A stretch of DNA of 43,429 nt from a virus (Duplodnaviria; Caudoviricetes), in the IMG/VR virus record IMGVR_UViG_3300021440_000048, positions 1 through 43,429 of that record, one strand, 5' to 3'. The translations under genes and the position numbers were made by a program. Shown piece by piece: positions 35,034 to 43,429 of the stretch. The notes below the pieces were generated by a model, which worked only from the letters and a program-made list of their open reading frames with translations, had not been told where the DNA came from and made no database searches. Position 1 is the stretch's first letter, and the number at the start of each line of letters is the position of its first letter.

Positions 35034-35056
35034 AGTAGTTTCTCCGAATAAAGGGG

Positions 35057-38000
35057 TTAAGAGGAAGAAGAAAGATCTGAAAGTTGCGGACCTGAGTTCA
35101 TAAGAAGCTGAACTTTCTGAGCAAAAGGATTCTGCAGTTGGGAAGTAATCTTCTGTACTTCCGAGGTATTAGAATTCTTGATCTGATGGATCATGAACTT
35201 ATTGAATTGAACTTGCTTACCTCCAATTGCAGCATACTCATTAGCAAACTGACTCCATTGTTGAGAGGAAGGTTGATTACCAGCACCAACAGTAGTTGAC
35301 TTAATGCTCTCTGCAAGATTCTGCTTTTCCGCGTTATCGTATTGTTGGTATGAGTGTATGCGGAATATACCATCATTCACGATAGCTTCATCTAGGGGAC
35401 GGCCGCCAGCGAGTCTAGATAAGGTGGCCAAAGAAACTAAATCGTTTGTTGCTAGAATATCGCCTTTACTAGTTGTACTCATCGGGCTACCAACAACAGT
35501 AGTTTGGAGAACTTGAGCAAGTCCAGCAAGTGGCCGGGAAACTCCATTGTGCTCAATACCTTGGAGTAAGGATTCCCAAACTGCGCCGCCTTGGATAATC
35601 TTAGAGCTTGTATCTTTGATAGCCCCATAGAATTTAGTGGTCGCGCCCACAAAAGGAATCTCGGACAGTTGAGTAGGAAGGATTGTAACTTGTCTTGGAT
35701 TGATATCACCTCGTGAGTATAGATTAGTTTGAAGGATATTACTTGGAATCCCATACATCAAAAGATCTCCAAGATTCTTTCCAGCCACTCCATAAGTTGC
35801 ATCATACAAATCCACATGCTTCTTGTTACCTGAAGCTGTACCAATGATATGCTGATTGATTGCCTGGAAAGCAGGTAACCCAGCAATGCCATAGAATGTT
35901 CCTTGAAGCCCCATCAGCATTGCTGCATCTTTAGCTGAGCCTTCACTTACATATCTAAACATCTGTTGCATCAGATTGAATTGATATGATTGGAACAAAC
36001 CAATTGACTGTCCAATAGGCCCTTGGAAAACAAAGGGTCGTTGCGATGCAATTGTATTTCCCTCAACACGATTAACAAATGTATTAATATAGCTCAGAGC
36101 CTCTTTAGAATCCATCAATCCTTGATCTACTGCTAGATCAGTTAGTTGCTTCATGCAATGAGCACTAATGAATCTATTCATCTCCTCTGCAAGTTTATTG
36201 CCGCTAAATTTTTCAGAAGCTTCTGCAAGAGTTTTGGATTTTTGGATTGCACTGGAAAGCCTAGATTGCAGGGCGCCAACACTTTCAGTTCCCTCGAGGC
36301 TTAAATCTCCGAGCATTGCTTGGAATTGATCGGACAAATCCCTGTGAAAGCCATTATCCTTAAACCATTGCATCTGAGTTCTATCATTCTTGAAATCAGA
36401 AATGAAGTCTGACATAGCATTGCGAATAAGTTTACCTTGAGATAAAACAAAATCACCTTCTCCAGTAACATCAACCTTTGCAAGATTGGCAAGCTTCCCA
36501 GCAAGCTCAGTGTCTCCTCCCTTAATAGCGCCCAGAATCTGATTTAGCTCTGTGCCTCTCAGGATATTTGCACCAATAGCATTGTTCAAAGAATTCAACG
36601 GATCAGTTCCAAGAACCAGCCGTGACAAAACTGCATTCGCCCCGCGAATAAACTTAGATAGTTGATTAGCAGGAGCAGTGTGATTAACCAAAAGCTGAGT
36701 CGCTGCATCATAATATCCTGTATTCATTCCATACTTTTGCAGAGAAGCATTGATTGCTGTCATGTCTGCATCAGTCGGGGCGGCCTTAATATTGTCCCAA
36801 AGGTCTGTAACTTTCCCGACTGCGTTAGATACAGCGTCATCTAGGAATTTATTCATGCCGTACCAAATGGGACTCTCAGAAGTTCTGGAAACATTGAGAG
36901 CAACTTTGATGTAGGAAGTAAAAGGATTCTGCCCAGTACGTTCCAGCTCCTTAGTTCCACCACCTAGTTTAGATGTTTCGATTCTTGAATAAGCTTTCCC
37001 TTGATCTTCCAGCCAATCAAACATAGGTTGGTTCTTCAGTCTAACAATTTCCCGCACATCATTATCAATCTTGCTTGTGTGATATTTCAAGATATCATTG
37101 ATAACTGCCTGCGGATCTGTCTTGATGAAATAGTTAGAATATACGCCAGCATTCTTAAGAGATGAGTCAATATAATTCTCGCTCAAAGTTTTATCATACT
37201 GGAACATATCCCGAGCTTTTCGGAATTCTTCTGTATCTTGCTTATAATGAATTTCCAAATCTGGTCTAGCTGCGGCGGCCTTGTTAACTAGATCCTCAAG
37301 GTTCTTAGCATCTGTGCCAAAGATCATAGATGTGTGACCTTGGCCAGTTACCTTTGGATCCTTAACAAAGGCAATAAACTTACTTCCATTTACATCAGGA
37401 GGAATAGGGCGGAATACTGCAGGGTCTCTTGATAATGTCTTCCCCATTGCAGCAGCACGTTCATTGGCATTCTGAGTATAGTCAAATGTTTTATCCATGT
37501 GAGCATTAATCATGTCCCATGTTTCATCATGCTCTACAGGAATAAAGAGTCCTTCATCTTCCAATTCCTTCGCGCTCATTGTAGCGAATTCATTTTTAAG
37601 ATTACCTGAGTCATCCCAGATTTCCCTAGAAACCAAACCACGCCCTTCAAACTCAGGAATAGTATCTTCAGTTCCTTGCACGAAGAACTTAGCAGAGCGT
37701 GAAACTTTCTGATTAATGCCGCCCCATTCAATTACAGATTCCTGCTTCCTTGCCATATTAGCAAGTGGGCCTTCCATAACTTTAGCCATCTCATCTTTAT
37801 TAGCTTGTGCCATTCTCTGAGTAACTGAGCCAATCTGTTCCATCTTAGAATCAAGCTGACCTAACTTACCTGCAGAGAAACTAGTAAACCCTGGCCCCGC
37901 ACCTTTAATAGATGCAGTCATTGCATCATCTTGAGTCAGTCTAGGAAGTTGTTCTGCAAACTTACCTGCTTGTTTTGCAACAACATTATCTACAACTCCT

Positions 38001-39985
38001 TCCTGTACCTTTTCTATTCCTTTGATAAAAGTATATGCATCAATCTCATGTCCATTAGGTTGTGTGCGATTAACAACTCTCTTAGTTACCTTAGCCCAAG
38101 AAGGCATGAAACGAATATCATTCTCTTCATCGCTTACTGGGCGTAATCCTTTGCCAGTTATATAAGCATTATAGTCAGCCTGATGAGAAGAGATTGCATC
38201 ATAATCATAATCAAGATTCTTAGACACAGCAGTGCCTTCTAGAGCAGATACTCTAGTGTTAGTGATCTTGCCGATCTTTTCATTAACCCAATCCTGCATT
38301 TCCTTAGCATCTCCAGTTCCTAGGAATCTAGATCCTTTAGCCAGTGCAGTTTCTTGAAGGGAATCTTGCACACTCTTTTGTGCATTGATTGTGAAGTTCT
38401 TAAGTTCCTGAATAGAAGTGAATCCAGTTTTTAGAGTTTGTCCTGTAGAATCAACAATATTAATATCCTTCTGTCCAGTAGCCACAGCTTTCTGAAGCAG
38501 AGGAATATCATTCATATGGATATTAGTTCCCTCAGGGATTTCTTCCAGAATCTTATCTGCCCAAAGGAATCGTTTCTCAGCAGTTAAATGTCCAGCATCA
38601 GACTCCAGAGATAGGGCGGCGGGGTCGAAAAGTTTCTTAAGGCTGAAACCTTCCGAGCGCACTTCATTCATAACTGCTGCACGTGAGTCAACTTTATCTG
38701 AAATCTTAACTACATCCGCTAGATTCATGACCCGCGGCGCACTATCAATAACATCACCTGCATTCTCTCCGTGCAATTTCCAGTATTGTACTTGAAGTGC
38801 TGGATCAATTTCTGCAGGAACACCTTTAGAAATTGCATCTTTAGCAGCAGCATTGAGCTCACTTTCCACCTTTGTTGGAGTATTAAGCCGACCAATCTCA
38901 TCTGTATCAATAAGTTTCTGAGCTACTTCATCTGCGGAAATTCCGACATTACTATCCGCAATCTGTCTAGCAAGTACTGTGTCTTTACCCAACACAAGTT
39001 CATTAGTATCTGCACGCATAGCCAAAGCTGTTCGCACTTGTTTCTGCTCCAGTGCTGCAACTTGCTGAGCATATACAGGATCACCTGGATTAACAATAGG
39101 TCCAGTCTCAAGATCGTAAGCATTACGGATAATCTTATTTGCTGGAACATTCATTTCCACCATCATATCTCTTGAGCCATGAGGAAGAATATCCTTGAAT
39201 TTGGCGCCTGCTTGTTTAGTTATGTCCCCATAAATCTTAGCTGATCCGAGCGCACCTCCAAGGACTCCATTAAATAAACCACCCATCATTACATTCTTAA
39301 GGATATCTGATTTAGATTGTCCATCTAGGATAGGAGATGCATTCATGGTAGCTTGCACAGCAGTTTCAAATGCAACGCCTTCCAAAACATTCTGATAAAC
39401 TCCTGCGGCCAGTGCCTTAACTCCAGATGTTCCAATAGAAGAGAAGATAGCTTGGCCCTGAGTAATCTCAGTAGCTGCCGCAGAAACATAACTATCAATC
39501 TGAGTTGCACGAAGACCTAAAGCAAGACCTAAGTTAGATCCAAGAAGTCCAGTTTCCCCAGCGGCAGCCAGTGCTTTCTGCCCGGCGTTCAAAACTTTAA
39601 TGCCCCCTAGACCAGGAATCAAAGATGTCATCATGAACCCTGCCATATCCACAGAGTTCTTATTCTTAGAATAGTACTGACCTAAGTCACCATCAATATT
39701 TGAGATGACTGCCTGAGTATCTTGAGTAGCGAAATCTCCGCCGAAGGCATTGCCAATCTTTACTCCGGAGTTATAAAAGGAATTGATTCCTGAGATGCCC
39801 GCGGCCAGAAAGAACTTCGGGGCATTTTCAATAGAACCTGTAACATCTGAGAACCAGGAGTTACCTTGATTCCCGAGGTTATGATTATCCGCCGCCCCTA
39901 GATAAGCAGGGAACTTAGATGGATCAAATGAATTATCCTGTGGGGCAGAAGGATCATTTGGATTGAGTTGATCAAAGATAGACAT
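35057..39985 (-). CDS. Large internal virion (ejection) protein
   Basis: 1642 aa, helical, with Gly/Ala-rich hydrophobic segments; third and largest of a trio, as in podoviral ejectosomes. Confidence 0.7.
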   Translation of the reverse strand: MSIFDQLNPNDPSAPQDNSFDPSKFPAYLGAADNHNLGNQGNSWFSDVTGSIENAPKFFLAAGISGINSFYNSGVKIGNAFGGDFATQDTQAVISNIDGDLGQYYSKNKNSVDMAGFMMTSLIPGLGGIKVLNAGQKALAAAGETGLLGSNLGLALGLRATQIDSYVSAAATEITQGQAIFSSIGTSGVKALAAGVYQNVLEGVAFETAVQATMNASPILDGQSKSDILKNVMMGGLFNGVLGGALGSAKIYGDITKQAGAKFKDILPHGSRDMMVEMNVPANKIIRNAYDLETGPIVNPGDPVYAQQVAALEQKQVRTALAMRADTNELVLGKDTVLARQIADSNVGISADEVAQKLIDTDEIGRLNTPTKVESELNAAAKDAISKGVPAEIDPALQVQYWKLHGENAGDVIDSAPRVMNLADVVKISDKVDSRAAVMNEVRSEGFSLKKLFDPAALSLESDAGHLTAEKRFLWADKILEEIPEGTNIHMNDIPLLQKAVATGQKDINIVDSTGQTLKTGFTSIQELKNFTINAQKSVQDSLQETALAKGSRFLGTGDAKEMQDWVNEKIGKITNTRVSALEGTAVSKNLDYDYDAISSHQADYNAYITGKGLRPVSDEENDIRFMPSWAKVTKRVVNRTQPNGHEIDAYTFIKGIEKVQEGVVDNVVAKQAGKFAEQLPRLTQDDAMTASIKGAGPGFTSFSAGKLGQLDSKMEQIGSVTQRMAQANKDEMAKVMEGPLANMARKQESVIEWGGINQKVSRSAKFFVQGTEDTIPEFEGRGLVSREIWDDSGNLKNEFATMSAKELEDEGLFIPVEHDETWDMINAHMDKTFDYTQNANERAAAMGKTLSRDPAVFRPIPPDVNGSKFIAFVKDPKVTGQGHTSMIFGTDAKNLEDLVNKAAAARPDLEIHYKQDTEEFRKARDMFQYDKTLSENYIDSSLKNAGVYSNYFIKTDPQAVINDILKYHTSKIDNDVREIVRLKNQPMFDWLEDQGKAYSRIETSKLGGGTKELERTGQNPFTSYIKVALNVSRTSESPIWYGMNKFLDDAVSNAVGKVTDLWDNIKAAPTDADMTAINASLQKYGMNTGYYDAATQLLVNHTAPANQLSKFIRGANAVLSRLVLGTDPLNSLNNAIGANILRGTELNQILGAIKGGDTELAGKLANLAKVDVTGEGDFVLSQGKLIRNAMSDFISDFKNDRTQMQWFKDNGFHRDLSDQFQAMLGDLSLEGTESVGALQSRLSSAIQKSKTLAEASEKFSGNKLAEEMNRFISAHCMKQLTDLAVDQGLMDSKEALSYINTFVNRVEGNTIASQRPFVFQGPIGQSIGLFQSYQFNLMQQMFRYVSEGSAKDAAMLMGLQGTFYGIAGLPAFQAINQHIIGTASGNKKHVDLYDATYGVAGKNLGDLLMYGIPSNILQTNLYSRGDINPRQVTILPTQLSEIPFVGATTKFYGAIKDTSSKIIQGGAVWESLLQGIEHNGVSRPLAGLAQVLQTTVVGSPMSTTSKGDILATNDLVSLATLSRLAGGRPLDEAIVNDGIFRIHSYQQYDNAEKQNLAESIKSTTVGAGNQPSSQQWSQFANEYAAIGGKQVQFNKFMIHQIKNSNTSEVQKITSQLQNPFAQKVQLLMNSGPQLSDLSSSS

Positions 39986-39988
39986 ATA

Positions 39989-41695
39989 TTATTTCCTTGT
40001 TGGAGGAACATTACCGATAGAAGTATAGTCTGCAGGATTGCGCTCAATGACTCCGCCAGGGAACTTCAATCCTGTATTAACTACCTGACCTACCAATGTC
40101 TTGCTAGCTTCTCTCAGAATATCTCCGGCCTTCGCTACATTAACTGTAGGAGACAAGAAATCTCCTGTATCTAACTTAACATTGTACGCTTCAATAGGAG
40201 CAAGTCCCATATTAGGAAGCTGCTTAGATTCAATGTTATCTCGCTGGGCAGACCGATACAATGTAGACATATCAACTGCGAATTGATTCATGCCAATCTT
40301 ACCATCTCTCACTGCAGCCAAACCTGCAGCATATACATCAGAAGGTGTATTCATTACAGCATTGGTTGCCATAATTGGAGCAAGCACTGTCTTAACAAAA
40401 GGAAGATCAAGAAGCTTAGGATTATTCTTTACAAGTGTCCTAGCATCTGGAAGAGTATATACATTATTCGGCCCTTCCATCAAAGCTTCTTGTTGTTTTA
40501 GTGTTGCTCTTACTGCATTATTAATCATGGCATCTTGTTCTGCAGGCTTACCTGCAAGAGCTTGATACTCAGGCGTTTTAGCTATCTCGGATGCTGTGCC
40601 AATCAAAAGATTCGACCCAGCTTTCATATCAGGAGTCATACCCTTAGGATCAACATATTGCAGAACACGGATAGCACTTGCAGGAGAAGCGCCAATAGCT
40701 TTGAATCTATCTCCAGTAGGATCAACACTTTCATTAAGTTGCCCTGCTGTATAAGCTTGTTTATACAAGTCACTCAAAGGCATCTTACCTTGAATCTGCC
40801 GTAAAAGATCTCCATTCGATGCAGGATCAATAGGGGCGCGGCCCATTACTTTAAGTCCGCGATTAATTGTATTTGTGATACTTTGGTCAGCTTGGTCATC
40901 CTTAAGATCTTGAGCTTTCTGCCTAGCAAACCGCTCTTTCTGCATATCGAATTCTGCCTGACTCATAGCTAGTCTAGTTTGAGCATCAGCCAATTGTTGT
41001 TGCTTTACTTTAGCATCCCAAGCAAGATTATAATCTGTGAGCTGTTGCGCAGAAAGATTCAACCGCTCTTTAATACCTGCCGCATTAGCCATATAGGCTT
41101 GTTGAGTAGCTTGATCTGCTTGAATATTAGCAAGTTGTTTAGCTTGATTAGCAGATGCACTTACTGAGGCCGCACTAACTGTTGTTTGTTGGCGAAGATT
41201 ATTCTGGTACTGTGCATCAAAAGCCGCATTGCGCTCAGAGATATTCTGTTCAGCCAACTGTGCTTTTTCATTAGCTGCATTGAATGCACCAATGTCATCA
41301 TTAATACTAAGACGAGCTTGAATCCAACCAAGAGGATCATCAAAGATACTGATGGCTTTCTTCTTGTTCACTGTATCCAGAGCAACACTTCTATCTGACT
41401 GAGCCTGCAAAAGATCATTAGCATCTTTAGCTTGCAAACCCATCAAATCTCCCGGGTCCGCCCCAAGTTGCAGTCCTGCCCGCACATTTGCTTGCTCTGT
41501 AATTAACTTACCTGTACCTGCTACTGTAGCTTGTAGTGCAGAATCATCACCAATCTTTCGATAACTATCCGCTGCATCTTGCAGTGTAGCTACTTGTCCA
41601 GCAGTATTAGTAGCCAACGCGGCCTTAGCTACATTGATCTCTCCAATATCTGCCATAGCAGTACTTACAATTGTATTTGCATCAATGTTCGGCAT
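39989..41695 (-). CDS. Internal virion (ejection) protein
   Basis: 568 aa, Ala/Gln-rich coiled coil; AAAGGA SD. Confidence 0.65.
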   Translation of the reverse strand: MPNIDANTIVSTAMADIGEINVAKAALATNTAGQVATLQDAADSYRKIGDDSALQATVAGTGKLITEQANVRAGLQLGADPGDLMGLQAKDANDLLQAQSDRSVALDTVNKKKAISIFDDPLGWIQARLSINDDIGAFNAANEKAQLAEQNISERNAAFDAQYQNNLRQQTTVSAASVSASANQAKQLANIQADQATQQAYMANAAGIKERLNLSAQQLTDYNLAWDAKVKQQQLADAQTRLAMSQAEFDMQKERFARQKAQDLKDDQADQSITNTINRGLKVMGRAPIDPASNGDLLRQIQGKMPLSDLYKQAYTAGQLNESVDPTGDRFKAIGASPASAIRVLQYVDPKGMTPDMKAGSNLLIGTASEIAKTPEYQALAGKPAEQDAMINNAVRATLKQQEALMEGPNNVYTLPDARTLVKNNPKLLDLPFVKTVLAPIMATNAVMNTPSDVYAAGLAAVRDGKIGMNQFAVDMSTLYRSAQRDNIESKQLPNMGLAPIEAYNVKLDTGDFLSPTVNVAKAGDILREASKTLVGQVVNTGLKFPGGVIERNPADYTSIGNVPPTRK

Positions 41696-43429
41696 GTTGA
41701 TTTCCTTTAAAGGAATAATTAGATTGCAGGAAATAAGACAAACCTACACAGAAAAGATAGATAGCTTGAGTGATTAAGAAACCACTAATACTTTTCTTTG
41801 CACGCTTATATCCATACTTCGCTGCAATATAGGATGCACGCTGCAGGAAAATATAACCAATAAACTTAGAGAAAGCGTGGTTAGGATTAGCTCTGAGGAA
41901 TCTAACAGTTGGCGCCGCCCAAACATAATATCCTGCCTTATGAAAATCTGAGTAACGAGAGAAATCTTTCATGCCATAAATGTATTGAACATTTGAAAGC
42001 TTACCTTGCCTTCTTAGTTCTGTGCAGATGATGGATAAATCATTGATTGCATCATTAACACTAGAAACTGCGCCACCAATTGCATCTCCAACTGCTTGCA
42101 CAGCTCCACCTACAGCATCTCCTACAGGTTGAGCAACATCTCCAATAGCATTTCCTGCAGTTTCAGTTCCTCTAACTACCATATCTGCTGAGTTAACAAC
42201 TGAGCTAACTGCGCCTTGTGCAAGTGCAATACTGGCATTGATAAAATCATTATCGCCATGACCAATACCACTTACAAATTCTCCTGGATCTGTCACTAAC
42301 TCATGGGCAGATTTCATAGAAGCATCCCCAAGATTTAGCGCAGGATGAACTAAAGACAATCCTGCCTTAGTTACAGGCTCAGGATCAAACGCAGCCGCCG
42401 CATCAGTTATATCCCCGACATCATCTTTAATAGGCTTGTTGTTAAAGTCAAAGACATTCTTAACTGCTTTCGGGTCAGAAAGATACCTAGCCGCACTTAG
42501 CACTGTACTTCCATAAGCCATATCCGAGCCAGCCCCTGCAGAAGTTTTATCTCCGGCAGAGGCATTAGAAAAATTTAGTTCATCTCCGCCATCAGAGAGT
42601 TTAAATCCAGGAGAGTCAGAATTAACTCCAAGGCTCAGAGAGTTACTAAGAGAAGGAGTATCAGAAACAGATTGAGAAGTAGTAAACAGATCTGGATTAA
42701 TCAAAGCATCAGATCCAGAAGAACTAAGTGTTTGATCCAGGGATTGTGCATAACTAGTCAGGCTATCTGGAGAACTAACTGCCTGTGGATGCATAAGCAT
42801 AGAAGTTAGATCACTAGTTAGCCCAGCACCTGCATCTGGTGCAATATTAGGGGAAGTAGAATTAACACCGAGATTGATAGAATTGCCTATGCTAGTTGTC
42901 ATGCCCCCAGTTGCAGAAGCGGCGGCCGAACTAATATCTGCGCCACTATCAAATCCAAGGATGTCTGAAAGTTTCTTATGCAAATCATCTACAGAATTGA
43001 TCCCAAACTTAGCGCCTGTCTTTTGTACAATAGGGCCAAGAACATTCTTAGCGCTAGAAAATGCTTGCAAAGCACCTAAGATTTTTGCTCCTTGTGAGAT
43101 ATCCTGCTTCCCAATTACTGGAGCTTGTTTTGTGGTAACTACGCTAGGTGAGGTAACTTGAGTAGTTGTAGTTCCTGCCGTTTTCTGCGCAACTTCCCCT
43201 GCCGCCCTAGTGCTCAGGTCATTAATCAATTGCTGGTTAACTGTAGAATTATACAATCCTGCAGAATGCTGCCCAGAAGCTACAGATGCCAAACCTTGGG
43301 AAGAGCCAAGAATCTGGTTAAGCATTGCAGTAATGCCTTCTGCGGATACATTAGAACTTGTAGTGCTTGTAGCAGAGCCGCCACTGGAAGATTGAGTGGA
43401 AGTTTTGCCTTTAACAAGCTCTAGAATAT
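41682..43429 (-). CDS. Internal virion (ejection/pilot) protein, 3' part (true start at 179 across the junction)
   Basis: Ser/Gly/Ala-rich with 11-residue amphipathic repeats and a C-terminal IICTEL domain. Frame is open to the window end. Confidence 0.7.
   Translation of the reverse strand, partial: ILELVKGKTSTQSSSGGSATSTTSSNVSAEGITAMLNQILGSSQGLASVASGQHSAGLYNSTVNQQLINDLSTRAAGEVAQKTAGTTTTQVTSPSVVTTKQAPVIGKQDISQGAKILGALQAFSSAKNVLGPIVQKTGAKFGINSVDDLHKKLSDILGFDSGADISSAAASATGGMTTSIGNSINLGVNSTSPNIAPDAGAGLTSDLTSMLMHPQAVSSPDSLTSYAQSLDQTLSSSGSDALINPDLFTTSQSVSDTPSLSNSLSLGVNSDSPGFKLSDGGDELNFSNASAGDKTSAGAGSDMAYGSTVLSAARYLSDPKAVKNVFDFNNKPIKDDVGDITDAAAAFDPEPVTKAGLSLVHPALNLGDASMKSAHELVTDPGEFVSGIGHGDNDFINASIALAQGAVSSVVNSADMVVRGTETAGNAIGDVAQPVGDAVGGAVQAVGDAIGGAVSSVNDAINDLSIICTELRRQGKLSNVQYIYGMKDFSRYSDFHKAGYYVWAAPTVRFLRANPNHAFSKFIGYIFLQRASYIAAKYGYKRAKKSISGFLITQAIYLFCVGLSYFLQSNYSFKGNQHAEH
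43304..43429. repeat. Right copy of the 126-bp terminal direct repeat
   Basis: Identical to 2-127. Confidence 0.95.

Noticed and set aside
35057-39985. Virion RNA polymerase or lytic transglycosylase in the 1642-aa protein
   Set aside because: No DxDGD or other polymerase or transglycosylase motifs recognised; NIDGD near the N-terminus does not fit.
43304-43429. End repeat as a biological direct terminal repeat
   Set aside because: Its length matches a typical assembler k-mer overlap and it lies mid-gene, so it is most likely an artefact of circular assembly.

Overview
The window is an apparently complete, circularly permuted dsDNA phage genome of about 43.3 kb. Positions 2-127 repeat exactly at 43304-43429, most likely an assembly overlap. 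The gene content is podovirus-like, with two divergent arms. The minus-strand virion arm runs terS, terL, portal, scaffold, a decoration-like protein, an SU10/DUF5309-type major capsid protein, adaptor, fibre, nozzle and a holin-like protein, then across the junction three ejection-type proteins and a tailspike cassette. The plus-strand early/replication arm carries a RecD-like helicase, an HNH homing endonuclease, a Cas4-like nuclease, a Sak4/AAA_24 ATPase, a DUF6378-like protein, an SSB-like protein, a family A DNA polymerase, a DUF3987-like ATPase and a MazG-like enzyme. The arms converge on a bidirectional terminator near 31.45 kb. I could not recognise an integrase, repressor, RNA polymerase, primase, ligase, endolysin, tRNA or CRISPR array. 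The most unusual signals lie in the 13.1-15.7 kb control region: a sigma54-type promoter with enhancer-like boxes, two near-consensus NtrC boxes, an origin-like element of inverted 3x8-bp repeats at a GC-skew flip, and a small gene with 35 consecutive Tyr/Asp/His codons, 34 of them NAT (read by queuosine-class tRNAs). Together these suggest early expression may be tied to host nitrogen or tRNA state, which is inference. Other highlights are a recurring ATCCCCC promoter motif, a GNA-minihairpin element between terL and portal, a homing endonuclease that duplicated the helicase 3' end, and a PolA with His at the Pol I 762-equivalent position. All product calls come from motif recognition and gene order by eye; no database search was run.
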